Below, piece after piece: positions 1 to 9,307 of a stretch of DNA of 64,000 nucleotides. The stretch is from assembly GCA_035290625.1 (NCBI GenBank), contig DATDTY010000051.1, positions 4,008-68,007 on the forward strand, read 5' to 3'. A program made the translations under genes and the position numbers. The stretch comes from Candidatus Nanoarchaeia archaeon (GTDB lineage: Archaea > Nanobdellota > Nanobdellia > Woesearchaeales > DATDTY01). Below the pieces are notes generated by a model. It was not told the origin of the DNA and searched no databases. It saw nothing but the letters and a program-made list of their open reading frames with translations. How positions within the stretch are numbered: the stretch's first letter is position 1; every line of letters begins with the position of its first letter.

Positions 1-1454
1 GAGTTCGTCAGCAGCATCACAAGCCGGTCCATTCCGATGCCGATGCCCGAAGCAGGAGGCATTCCCACCTCTAATGCTTTCAGGAAATCCTTGTCGGTTC
101 TCTGCGCCTCTTCATCTCCTTTTTTGAGGAGCTGCTCCTGCTGTTTCCAGTTTTCTTTCAGGATCCCCGGGTCGTTCAATTCTGTGTAGACATTTGCGAT
201 CTCCCTTCCGTTGATGACTAATTCGAAACGCTCAGTGAAATCAGGATTGGCGGGCTTTGCCTTTGCAAGGGGAGAGACTTCTTTCGGATAATCCAGGATG
301 AAGGTCGGCTGGATCAGTTTTGATTCAACAGTCTCGTCATAGACTGCTGCAAGGATTGCTCCTTTTGTCTCCTTGTTTTCCAGGGGAACCTTGAGCTTCT
401 GGGCTGCTTCTTTTGCCTGGGCTGCGTTCAGGTTTGTGAAGTCAACAGGGGTATGCTTTTTTACCGCTTCCAGCATCGTCATCTTTGCGAATGGAGGCTT
501 GAATGATATTTTTGTTCCCTGGTATCCAATCTCCGTTGTGCCGAGAACAGCTTGGCAAACCGATGCAAGCATCTCCTCGGTAAGCTTCATGCTGTCATTG
601 TAGTCATGATACGCAGTCATCGTCTCCATGAGGGTGAATTCAGGATTGTGCTGAGTATCAATGCCCTCATTCCTGAAATCCTTTGAGAATTCAAAGACTT
701 TTTCAAAGCCGCCTACTAAAAGGCGTTTGAGGTATAATTCATTTGAGATTCTTAGGTAGAGATTCATTCCCAGGGTGTTGTGCTTTGTGGTGAACGGCCT
801 GGCAGCTGCGCCGCCGTAGACGGGTTGCAGGATCGGAGTCTCAACCTCAACATAGCCTTTGCTGAGCAGGAATTCCCGCATCGCCTGAAATATCCTGGAG
901 CGCATCTCAAAGGTCTTTTTGACTTGTGGATTCATGACAAGATCGGTGTAGCGTTCCCGGTAACGCAATTCAGTGTCAACAAGGCCATGGAATTTTTCCG
1001 GAAGCGGCTCTAGGGACTTCGCAAGAAGCGATATGGTCTTTGCCTCAACAGTGAGCTCTCCGGTTTTTGTCCTGAAGATGCTGCCCTCGATGCCCAGGAT
1101 ATCCCCGCGGTCAATGAATTGAAGAAAGCTGTAATGAGAGGTTCTATCCTGGCTCATGAAGATCTGGATTGATCCTGTGGTGTCCAGGAGATGGCCGAAA
1201 GCTGACTTTCCCATTCTTCGCAGGCTCATCAAGCGGCCTGCCACAGCCACCTTTACAGCCGCCCTTCCTGTCTTCTTTTCCCCATTTTTCTTTTCCCCAG
1301 TGTCCCCAAGATCGGCCGTATGAGCGTACTTCTCCTGCAGAGCTCCTGCATCATGTGTTTTCTTGAAAGAAGCAGGATAGGGATCAATTCCCTGCTTCCT
1401 GATGTCCTGGAGCTTTTTTAGGCGCTCCTGCCTGATCCGATCCTCAGTATTCAT
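1..1454 (-). CDS. lysS: Lysyl-tRNA synthetase, class II (C-terminus runs off window edge)
   Basis: Minus-strand translation starts MNTEDRIRQERLKKLQDIRKQGIDPYP (ATG = revcomp of cat 1452-1454). It ends at the window edge with ...GMPPASGIGIGMDRLVMLLTNS, the class II motif 3 region typical of LysRS/AsxRS. The plus-strand ORFs 373-1617 are antisense to it and judged spurious. Confidence 0.8.
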   Translation of the reverse strand, partial: MNTEDRIRQERLKKLQDIRKQGIDPYPASFKKTHDAGALQEKYAHTADLGDTGEKKNGEKKTGRAAVKVAVAGRLMSLRRMGKSAFGHLLDTTGSIQIFMSQDRTSHYSFLQFIDRGDILGIEGSIFRTKTGELTVEAKTISLLAKSLEPLPEKFHGLVDTELRYRERYTDLVMNPQVKKTFEMRSRIFQAMREFLLSKGYVEVETPILQPVYGGAAARPFTTKHNTLGMNLYLRISNELYLKRLLVGGFEKVFEFSKDFRNEGIDTQHNPEFTLMETMTAYHDYNDSMKLTEEMLASVCQAVLGTTEIGYQGTKISFKPPFAKMTMLEAVKKHTPVDFTNLNAAQAKEAAQKLKVPLENKETKGAILAAVYDETVESKLIQPTFILDYPKEVSPLAKAKPANPDFTERFELVINGREIANVYTELNDPGILKENWKQQEQLLKKGDEEAQRTDKDFLKALEVGMPPASGIGIGMDRLVMLLTN

Positions 1455-1884
1455 GCTCTCTGCAAAAGCCTGCTTCCTTTTTATAAGTATCGATTGGCTG
1501 GAAACATTCCTAAACGAAGGTTGCCGTCCTTTCTGCGAGGCTCTTACTGCAAAACATCACGCTGACAAGGGGGGTGTCCCTATGGAGGATATGTCAGCCC
1601 TCAGAGATCCCAGATAAGCCGAGCCTGACGGCAACCCGAGTATACGCGAGACTTAGGACAGAGCCGATTGGCTGCCTGATAAGCAAATATTTTAACGCTA
1701 TATCGCTGACTATGGCGGTGCGACGGTTTTGCTTTGCAAAACCTGCTCGGCATCCCGTAGGGAGCATCCCCTGCCTCGCCGCACGCCACGTCGTGCCTGA
1801 CGAAAAGGGGGTTGTCCTAATCAGTTGAGTAGTTTTCTTTACACTGCCATAATCTTTAAATACTGTGCTTCAATCGAATCATTC

Positions 1885-2217
1885 ATGCGGGTTACCATTG
1901 GGTTGGTTGAGCCTATCACTCTTATCGGAGCCAACGGCAGGCTCACCACGTATGCCAAGGTGGATACAGGCGCGACAAAGTCAAGCCTGGACAGCAGGCT
2001 TGCAAAAGAGCTTAGCCTTGGCCCGGTGCTGAGGCGCAAGATCGTCAAGAGTGCATCCGGAACAAAGGTGAGGCCAGTAATCAAGGTCACGGCAATCCTT
2101 AAAGGAAAGGAGATCACCACACACTTCACCATTGCTGACCGCCAGGACATGAAATACAAGGTCCTGATTGGGCAAAATATCCTTAAACATCATTTCCTTA
2201 TCGATCCAAAAAAATGA
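1885..2217 (+). CDS. Retropepsin-like aspartic protease (RimK-associated, DUF785-like)
   Basis: Has the VDTGA aspartic-protease motif and the size and architecture of the putative zinc/aspartic protease usually encoded next to rimK. The start is probably the internal M (MRVTIGL), not the 1825 ORF start. Confidence 0.55.
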   Translation: MRVTIGLVEPITLIGANGRLTTYAKVDTGATKSSLDSRLAKELSLGPVLRRKIVKSASGTKVRPVIKVTAILKGKEITTHFTIADRQDMKYKVLIGQNILKHHFLIDPKK

Positions 2218-2250
2218 GCCAAATGAATAGAAGATGAAAGCATCAAAAAA

Positions 2251-3324
2251 ATGAAAGCGGCGTTAATCTCCCTGGGAAGCGAAAGCTCGAAGTGGACTCT
2301 TAAAGCGATGAAGAAGTATTTCCAGAAAGTGGACGACTTTGACATCCGCAAGATGGAAGTTGCCATGACAAAGAGAGGGCTTGATGCCCTCTTTGAAGGC
2401 AATCCTCTCGAGGATTATGACTGCGTCTATGCCAAAGGCTCGTTCCGCTACCGGGCATTGCTAAGATCTATCACTGCTGCATTGTATTCAAAGTGCTACA
2501 TGCCTGTGTCTGCCGCTGCATTTTCCACAGGGCACAATAAGCTATCCACCCAGCTTGAGCTGCAGAAGAACAACGTCCCTATGCCGAACACGTATTTTGC
2601 CGCAACGCCGAGGGCTGGCCGCAACATCCTCAAGCGGGTCAGCTATCCGATTGTCATGAAGTTCCCGCAGGGAACACAGGGCAAAGGAGTCATGTTTTCT
2701 GACTCTTTTGCGTCAGCAAGCTCTCTTTTGGATGCCCTGGATGTCATGAACCAGCCATTTATCATCCAGGAGTATATCGAGACAGAAGGCAGCGACATCC
2801 GTGCGATTGTTGTCGGAGAGCAGGTGGTGGCCGCAATGAGGAGGACAGCGCTGAAGGGAGAGGTCCGCTCCAACATTCACGCAGGAGGACATGGCGAGCC
2901 TGTGAGCCTTGATTTCCAGGCCAGGAAGATAGCGGTTCAGGCTGCAAAAGCCATTGGTGCTGAGATATGCGGCGTGGATATCCTGGAGTCTGTGACAGGG
3001 CATTTAGTCATAGAGGTAAACCTGTCTCCTGGCCTGAAAGGAGTGACGAGAGCAACAGGGATAGATGTCGCTGACAAGATCGCTTCGTATCTTCATAGCC
3101 AGACAAAGCAAAGGGTTGATACGTCCAAAAAGAAAGGAGCAACAAAGATCATGAAGCAGATTGAGCCTGAGCAGCTAAAGGAGTTCATCACCACCCTGAG
3201 CTTTAGGGGAAACCGGATTCTATTGCCTGACACAGCCAACAACATTGCAAAGTTTAAGGATGATGAAGAAGTCACGATTCACGCCGAAAGGGGAAAGATT
3301 GAGATCAAGAAAACTGGATTCTGA
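2251..3324 (+). CDS. rimK: RimK-like ATP-grasp ligase with C-terminal extension
   Basis: ATP-grasp signature stretch (PIVMKFPQGTQGKGV...IIQEYIETEGSDIRAIVVG...EVN) adjacent to the retropepsin-like partner, plus about 80 aa of extra C-terminal tail. Confidence 0.7.
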   Translation: MKAALISLGSESSKWTLKAMKKYFQKVDDFDIRKMEVAMTKRGLDALFEGNPLEDYDCVYAKGSFRYRALLRSITAALYSKCYMPVSAAAFSTGHNKLSTQLELQKNNVPMPNTYFAATPRAGRNILKRVSYPIVMKFPQGTQGKGVMFSDSFASASSLLDALDVMNQPFIIQEYIETEGSDIRAIVVGEQVVAAMRRTALKGEVRSNIHAGGHGEPVSLDFQARKIAVQAAKAIGAEICGVDILESVTGHLVIEVNLSPGLKGVTRATGIDVADKIASYLHSQTKQRVDTSKKKGATKIMKQIEPEQLKEFITTLSFRGNRILLPDTANNIAKFKDDEEVTIHAERGKIEIKKTGF

Positions 3325-3475
3325 GTTTTCAGTATAGAAATGTTTTTATAGCTTAGAACGTTTTCTTTAGCATGGGACCTAAGGGTGAGAGTATTGATCT
3401 TGATTCTGTTTTGGCAGGTCATACATTGGTCGATTCCGCAAGCGAGTTTTTTGACGTTTCAGGAGCGATTCCGTA

Positions 3476-5083
3476 ATGATGGGAGGGAGAGGGCCAATGC
3501 CAGACACAAACCAGAATGCATCTGAAAGACCGTATATAAGCCCCAAGATATCTGAAAGCCTGAGCGAATATTTAATTCTTCCCTGGTGGGTCACCGCAAA
3601 ACCCGAAGAGGTCTCCCTGGAATGCAATCTGGGGAATATAAAGCTGCAATACCCGTTTATGACTGCGCGAATGCAGTCCGTTGTAGGGCCGGAGATGGCC
3701 GTAGCTGCAGGAAGGAACGGCATCTTGACGATGGTTCCAAGAAGCCTGAGGGATGAGGATAAACAGGCGATACTCGATGCGAATAATAATGCCCGCCTAA
3801 AGGCAGGAGATATTGAGTATCAAAGTAATTTTGTCTCTGCGCAACCGGAAACGAGATTTGACAATGTGGCAAAACTTGTTGAGACCTTTGGCTACTCAGT
3901 GATCCCTGTGATAGATAGGTTTTCAAAGCTCTATGGTGTATATGTCCATGATCCGAATAATCAACCTTCGGCTCCACCCTATACTCCTATTAAAGAACTC
4001 ATGCTTCCTTTAAGAAAACAAGGGCCGGGCAGGGGAGTTCAGTGTATTACTCATCGTGACGACCAGAAGATTAAAGAGATTGCGGCGAGCGAGGAGAAGA
4101 AGTTTATTCCTATAGTCAACGAAGCAGGCATTCTCCAAGAGATTGCATTCTTGCGCAAGTTTGATACAAATTATGCAGGGATAGCAATAAGTACCAGAGA
4201 TGGCCGTTGGCAGGAAGATCTGGAGAAATGGGGGCCTCAGGTGGACACCCTTTGTATTGACTCGTCAAATGCATGCTTTGATGATGCCCTCAAGATTCTT
4301 AAGGCAGCCAAAGAAAGGTTCCCTGATAAGCCGTTTGGGATAGGCAACATTGTCCACGGCGCACATTATAGACGATTTGCGGAAGATGGAGCAGATTATG
4401 TTATCGGAGGGATGGGTGTTGGTTCTATCTGCCAGACAGGAAGCGAGAGGGGGAATGGCAGGGGCCAGATGACTGTTGCCCATGAACTTGCCGTGGTGCG
4501 GGATGAATTGGAGGAAGAAGGGAAAAAGGTGCCATTTGTTATTGATGGGGCTATAGAGACTGTTAAGGATATGACCATTGCGCTGGCGCTGGCTGATCTC
4601 ATTATGATGGGTAATTTCTTTAACAGATTTTATGAAGCTGCAGGAAGAAAGTTAACAGAGAAAAGAAGCGGCAAAAATATAACTTATATTGAGACCGGCG
4701 ATGAATCTCTTATCAGTCACGTGGAGACTTGGGGGGAGGGCCATCCAACTGCAGGATTGGTTGCGATGTACGGGCTGCGTTTTAGAGAGGCCCTAGCCAA
4801 AGGATCTTCATCAAACAACGCCGAGGTTGCTGAGCGGTACGGACACTCAAATCTTTCAAGTTCTACGATAGAGGGAGTAGTTGGCGTAACGTCATACGCA
4901 GGGAGGCTGAAGCCCGGCATCGAGAAGGCGGGGAGGTATATTACAACAACCATATCCAATTCAGGCGGCCATGATCTGGCGAGCTTCAGAAAGTCTGTCA
5001 GGGAGAACCAGCTCCTTGAGCGAGCATCACAGAGAACAATCGAAGATATGCTTCCTCATGGTATTATAGTTACAGAAAGATAG
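3476..5083 (+). CDS. guaB: IMP dehydrogenase/GMP reductase family protein (CBS-containing, IMPDH-like)
   Basis: N-terminal barrel motif (NIKLQYPFMTARMQSVVGPEMAVAAGRNGILTMV) and a catalytic-Cys loop GGMGVGSICQT. A C-terminal IDGAIETVKDM...MMG stretch and inserted CBS-like segments are present. Longer than canonical IMPDH. Confidence 0.65.
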   Translation: MMGGRGPMPDTNQNASERPYISPKISESLSEYLILPWWVTAKPEEVSLECNLGNIKLQYPFMTARMQSVVGPEMAVAAGRNGILTMVPRSLRDEDKQAILDANNNARLKAGDIEYQSNFVSAQPETRFDNVAKLVETFGYSVIPVIDRFSKLYGVYVHDPNNQPSAPPYTPIKELMLPLRKQGPGRGVQCITHRDDQKIKEIAASEEKKFIPIVNEAGILQEIAFLRKFDTNYAGIAISTRDGRWQEDLEKWGPQVDTLCIDSSNACFDDALKILKAAKERFPDKPFGIGNIVHGAHYRRFAEDGADYVIGGMGVGSICQTGSERGNGRGQMTVAHELAVVRDELEEEGKKVPFVIDGAIETVKDMTIALALADLIMMGNFFNRFYEAAGRKLTEKRSGKNITYIETGDESLISHVETWGEGHPTAGLVAMYGLRFREALAKGSSSNNAEVAERYGHSNLSSSTIEGVVGVTSYAGRLKPGIEKAGRYITTTISNSGGHDLASFRKSVRENQLLERASQRTIEDMLPHGIIVTER

Positions 5084-5095
5084 GGGGTACAACGC

Positions 5096-6550
5096 ATGCT
5101 ATTAGAGTGTCTCCTGGGAAAGGCCCAGGTTGCAGCAGTCGTCTGCAACCAATGGGGGGATACAGGCAAAGGAAAGATCGTTGATTTATTTGCAGCCCAG
5201 TGGGCTGACGTGATTGCAAGGGGAACTGGCGGGAATAACGCAGGCCATACCGTTATTGTGAACGGCAAGCAAAGGATATTCCATCTTCTTCCTTCAGGGA
5301 TTACCTATGATGAGCAGGGAAAGGTAAACTTAATGGGGAATGGAATGGTTATTGATCTTGGAGTTCTTTGCCGCGAGCTTGATGCTTTGGAAAAAGACGG
5401 TGGAACCTACCGGAATCTTATGATCAGCAGGGATGCCCAAGTCACTATGCCTTACCATATACTCAGGGATAAGGAAGATCAGTCTCAGGCAGCCGGAGGC
5501 ATCGGGACTACGGGAAGGGGCATAGGCCCATGCTATGCGGACAAGATAGCCAGGAGAGGGGTGGCAATTCGCGACCTCTATAATAAGGATATCCTTGCAG
5601 AGAAGATCAGGAAAGCTGCTCAATTCTATCCTGAGCAGAAGATTGAGAAAGATCGGATTGAAGAGATTGTTGAGCAGCTTCAGCCTCTCGCAGGCCGCAT
5701 CAAGCCCTATGTTCGGGACACGATTGGTGAAATGCACAGGTTTATCCAACAGGGAAAACATGTCCTTCTTGAGGGAGCGCAAGGATTGCTGCTAAGCATT
5801 GAGTACGGCACCTACCCCCACGTGACTTCATCTGACTGTTCTATCAACGGCACTGCTGCAGGAGTTGGATTGTCTGCGAGGATGGTGGATGCAACATTCG
5901 GGCTTGTTAAATTTCCCTTCATGACCCGTGTAGGAGGTGGGCCCTTTCCGACAGAGATCGGAGGATCTGCATCCGAAGCGGATTGTAGTAAGAAAGAGGT
6001 GACCAAGGAGTATGAATTGATTACATACGGAATTCCCTATACTAAGGGTGATGATGGTCTGATTGTGTATGACTGCAATCACAAGGATATAGGAGGCATG
6101 ATCAACTCTGAAGATCCTTTGATCCAATCAGTTGGGATTCGCCTTGCAGCAGGAGAATATGGAGCAACAACAGGACGGCCAAGAAGAGTCGGGTGGACTG
6201 ATGCGGTTGCCTTAAGATATGCTGTCCAAATCAATGGGCCGCTGCACCTTGTGCTGACAAAGGCGGATAGTCTGCATGCAGCAGGAGAATTCCGTGTATG
6301 CTTCGGTTATCGGCAAAACAATAAGAACGATTGTGTGGTCACAGAATTCGACAGGGATGAGAGATTCCTTAGGGGCATTCATCCCGAATACGCCAAGTAT
6401 GAGGGCTACGGTGGACTTGGAGATATACGGGGTTTTGAAGGTCTCCCAAATACCCTGCGGACAGCGATTGCTGATTTGGAAAGATTCACAGGATCTGATG
6501 CTGCAATCGTTTCTGTCGGGCCAGAGCAGAGCCACACGATAATCAGATAG
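5096..6550 (+). CDS. purA: Adenylosuccinate synthetase
   Basis: QWGDTGKGK P-loop-like motif and GGIGTTGRGIGP (GIGPxY) motif. 484 aa, longer than typical, so it carries insertions. Confidence 0.85.
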   Translation: MLLECLLGKAQVAAVVCNQWGDTGKGKIVDLFAAQWADVIARGTGGNNAGHTVIVNGKQRIFHLLPSGITYDEQGKVNLMGNGMVIDLGVLCRELDALEKDGGTYRNLMISRDAQVTMPYHILRDKEDQSQAAGGIGTTGRGIGPCYADKIARRGVAIRDLYNKDILAEKIRKAAQFYPEQKIEKDRIEEIVEQLQPLAGRIKPYVRDTIGEMHRFIQQGKHVLLEGAQGLLLSIEYGTYPHVTSSDCSINGTAAGVGLSARMVDATFGLVKFPFMTRVGGGPFPTEIGGSASEADCSKKEVTKEYELITYGIPYTKGDDGLIVYDCNHKDIGGMINSEDPLIQSVGIRLAAGEYGATTGRPRRVGWTDAVALRYAVQINGPLHLVLTKADSLHAAGEFRVCFGYRQNNKNDCVVTEFDRDERFLRGIHPEYAKYEGYGGLGDIRGFEGLPNTLRTAIADLERFTGSDAAIVSVGPEQSHTIIR

Positions 6551-6565
6551 GTTAGAGAACTAGAT

Positions 6566-7534
6566 TCACTCCTTCCTCAGCACTTCCCGTGAGATATGAG
6601 CGATTGAAGATATCATGGCCTTGAGATGCTCGAAGATTCGGATCAGGTCTTCAGATTGGTTTGGGATGGTTCGCATGAATTCTGTGATTAGGGGCAGCAT
6701 ATCTTTGGTCTGAAACTCGCTGGAAATCGCAAGCTGCAGGTCCTTGGTGTAGAAGGCATTCATTGCCTGCTCATAGAGCGGCTTTATTCTGGCGTAGAGA
6801 TCCTTCAGCCCTTTTTTCTGCCTTGCGTCAAGCTTTGCTGCTGCCAGAAACCTGCCGATCCTTTTGACATGGTCCCCTATTTCCTCAATCCTGATCACGA
6901 TAAGCCAGCGCGCAAAGAGGTAGGTATCCTTCACCCCGATTGATTTCAGGAAAGATGGATTTTGCTGGGCATAGTTGAGCAGCCGAAAGGAGAGATACGA
7001 GAGCCTGTTGATGTCCTGATCCCGGTGCTTGAGGGTTTCCGGGTTGTAGCCGTCAAGGCATTCAATCACATCTCCGAGCATGACTCTCAGCATCATGTCG
7101 ATGCGCCGGATTGTCGCATCAATAGAGACCTCTTTTAGGTCAATAAGGTCCTTGGCAACAATTTTAGTAGGAGTCTGCTCAATGATCTCCATCCCGACAA
7201 GGCTATACAGAGTCTCCCGGATCTCGGCAAGATGCCGGTCAACAGCCTGTTTGCCCTTGATCTCAATAAAGGTTGAGTTCTTCAGATACGCTGAGATGAT
7301 CTCCAGCTTGAGGTGCTTGATGTCCTTGTTTTCTGCTTCAATGATGATGGACTTGGTCTCCTTTGCAGAATGATCCTTCGGCGCAAGAATAAGATGATCT
7401 CCCTGCTCAAGGTAGTAGACCACGTCCCCCTTATGGAGGTTGTGGGAGTCCATCCACTCCTTGGGAAGCGAAACTACATACGAATTGACTCCAAACTTGA
7501 TGATTTTTCTGAAGTCTATATCCTCCACCCCCAT
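6566..7534 (-). CDS. AbrB/SpoVT-domain plus PhoU-domain regulator (archaeal PhoU homolog)
   Basis: Starts MGVEDIDFRKIIKFGVNSYVVSLPKEWMDSHNLHKGDVV (swapped-hairpin AbrB/MazE-type N-domain) followed by PhoU-like helices (EEIGDHVKRIGR). The 133-aa N-terminal extension of the ORF track reads through the AT-rich promoter region and is rejected. Confidence 0.65.
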   Translation of the reverse strand: MGVEDIDFRKIIKFGVNSYVVSLPKEWMDSHNLHKGDVVYYLEQGDHLILAPKDHSAKETKSIIIEAENKDIKHLKLEIISAYLKNSTFIEIKGKQAVDRHLAEIRETLYSLVGMEIIEQTPTKIVAKDLIDLKEVSIDATIRRIDMMLRVMLGDVIECLDGYNPETLKHRDQDINRLSYLSFRLLNYAQQNPSFLKSIGVKDTYLFARWLIVIRIEEIGDHVKRIGRFLAAAKLDARQKKGLKDLYARIKPLYEQAMNAFYTKDLQLAISSEFQTKDMLPLITEFMRTIPNQSEDLIRIFEHLKAMISSIAHISREVLRKE

Positions 7535-7648
7535 GCCAAAGCTATTGATAGCCTTAAATTCGAGTATATATAAGTTATATTGTATATAAGGTATATGGGC
7601 AATGTATATATAATTTTTGGTCTCATTCTTAGATAAGGAGGTGATAGC
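7535..7648. promoter_or_regulatory. AT-rich divergent promoter region with TATA-like repeats (tatatataagttatattgtatataaggtatat)
   Basis: Intergenic region between the divergent PhoU-like gene and the small acidic ORF. It has multiple TATA-like boxes and a strong SD (AAGGAGGTGA) before the GTG at 7649. Confidence 0.4.
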
Positions 7649-7801
7649 GTGAAAGAACAGGAGTATGCAGGGGCCAAAGAAGAATTTGAGCCAATAGAGG
7701 GAGTGATTTATGACGAGGAGGAGAGGAACGCCCTGCTTGAGAATGACGAGATCGCTCCCTGGGAAGAAGGATTCATGGATGGGTATGACGGGGCAGGGTG
7801 A
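7649..7801 (+). CDS. Small acidic protein (50 aa) with EEGFMDGYD motif
   Basis: GTG start 9 nt after a perfect SD AAGGAGGTGA. Paralogous to the ORF at 11748-11948 (shared EEF..IY..LL..EE[DG]GFM[DQ]GY[DE] pattern). Confidence 0.45.
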   Translation: MKEQEYAGAKEEFEPIEGVIYDEEERNALLENDEIAPWEEGFMDGYDGAG

Positions 7802-7893
7802 GATTTCATCGTCTGCCCTTTTTGCGAGGGTTTTTCCTATAGTTAACAATAGCGATAGGCTTTTAAAATATACAAGGTTACAGTCCATTTCAA

Positions 7894-9198
7894 ATGGTAT
7901 GTAGTGTAAAGATGGCAACCACGTACGAATCACCTTGCCTTGATAGTTCCGGGGACAATTCAGCCGCGGAGCAAGATGGATTAAGACAGGTTGATGAATT
8001 TACGAGACCTAAGATTATCCTTGTTAGTGGACCAAAAGGCGCGGGGAAGCGCGAAATTGCCCAACTCCTAGAGATACAAAAATATGGAGTTGTCATAAAG
8101 AAGCACACTACCCGGAGGCCATCAGATTCACCTCTCCCGTGGGGGATAGATGAGACCTTGTTGTTCACCTTTGTTTCACCTACCGAATTCGAAAGTCTTG
8201 AACAGCAAGGCGAATTCAGGTTTATAACTCAGTCACAAGATCACAGGTATGGCATTCATCAGAAATCATTAGAAGAGGCATTGGGGGACTCATCGTTGCA
8301 TACTCTTTCACTGGCATCAGGATACTCTTCGTTTCAGGATCATTATAAATTTTTTAATAAAGTGGCAAAGAATCATCCGAATAAACCGACCCTTGTATCT
8401 GTTCTAATCTATTCAACCCAAAGAGACCTCCAAGACAGCGTGCTGAAGAGCCAAGAATTGGTAACAAGTCAGATGCTCCACGATTATGCTAAGAAATGCC
8501 AGACGCTCTTGCGACATCAAGATGAATTTGATTATATTATACGTAACCCGCTGCCGTTTGGGTACCTGCTAAGAGACGAAAAAGCACAGATAACCCATTC
8601 TGAATATATCAACCGGACCACCTTGTTATTTGGAAAAATATTAGAATGGGAGAAATCCGAACAACGAAACCCCAATGATTCGATAGCCCACAATCACAAA
8701 AGGTTCGTCAATCATCTCATCAGTACCATTTTTTCAAAGTCTACGGAGGAAGTTTCGTCTTCGTTAGAAAACAACCATTTGGAAATCCGATTTACTGAAG
8801 GAGAGAGGGAGAGCTATGCGCAGTCAAAGCGTTATCCTAAAAGCAGCATCCCACAGGAGGTGAGAATCAGGGCCATGCACAGATCCTATGGTATTTGGAC
8901 TATGTATATCTCAAGCAAGATGGGGGCAGAATCAAGAAACATGACCCTTGATATGATCGCGAGGAGAGCGGGGATGATCTATGCGCAAAGAATACCCCAA
9001 GAGGACTCCACACTCTTGGCGCCTCTGAGCCAAATTACTGAGCTTGGAAGAACAAAAACAAATGCAATGATTCACGAGGGCGGGCTATTCAGTTTACGTG
9101 ATGTCATAGCTAAGCAGCACAATGCGCCGGTCTATGCAGTAAATATCGCTTTCATCTACAATCTGCCTCGGCACCAACAGCTTCAATGTACTCCTTAG
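7894..9198 (+). CDS. Guanylate-kinase-like P-loop domain fused to an uncharacterised C-terminal domain (paralog 1)
   Basis: N-terminal section matches GMP kinase landmarks: SGPKGAGK (P-loop), KKHTTRRP (GK TTR motif), F.FVS..EF, RYG, FDYIIRNP. The C-terminal 230 aa have no recognisable motif but are homologous to the C-terminus of the next gene. Lower GC than flanks. Confidence 0.6.
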   Translation: MVCSVKMATTYESPCLDSSGDNSAAEQDGLRQVDEFTRPKIILVSGPKGAGKREIAQLLEIQKYGVVIKKHTTRRPSDSPLPWGIDETLLFTFVSPTEFESLEQQGEFRFITQSQDHRYGIHQKSLEEALGDSSLHTLSLASGYSSFQDHYKFFNKVAKNHPNKPTLVSVLIYSTQRDLQDSVLKSQELVTSQMLHDYAKKCQTLLRHQDEFDYIIRNPLPFGYLLRDEKAQITHSEYINRTTLLFGKILEWEKSEQRNPNDSIAHNHKRFVNHLISTIFSKSTEEVSSSLENNHLEIRFTEGERESYAQSKRYPKSSIPQEVRIRAMHRSYGIWTMYISSKMGAESRNMTLDMIARRAGMIYAQRIPQEDSTLLAPLSQITELGRTKTNAMIHEGGLFSLRDVIAKQHNAPVYAVNIAFIYNLPRHQQLQCTP

Positions 9199-9307
9199 AG
9201 TTGCGCTCGCCTGAGTCTTAAGTATAATCCCACATAATCCCGGCAAGCGGGATGACCACGGCAGCAGTTAAACGATAGCCTTTTAAACGGCCGGGGGTTA
9301 ACCGATA

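Noticed and set aside
373-1617. Plus-strand ORFs (373-603, 780-1013, 1169-1366, 1402-1617)
   Set aside because: All lie antisense to a continuous, motif-rich lysyl-tRNA synthetase reading frame on the minus strand, so they are spurious.
6566-7933. 455-aa version of the PhoU-like ORF
   Set aside because: The first 133 codons read through the AT-rich TATA-repeat intergenic region and give a hydrophobic nonsense peptide. The AbrB domain begins at the internal Met (7534).
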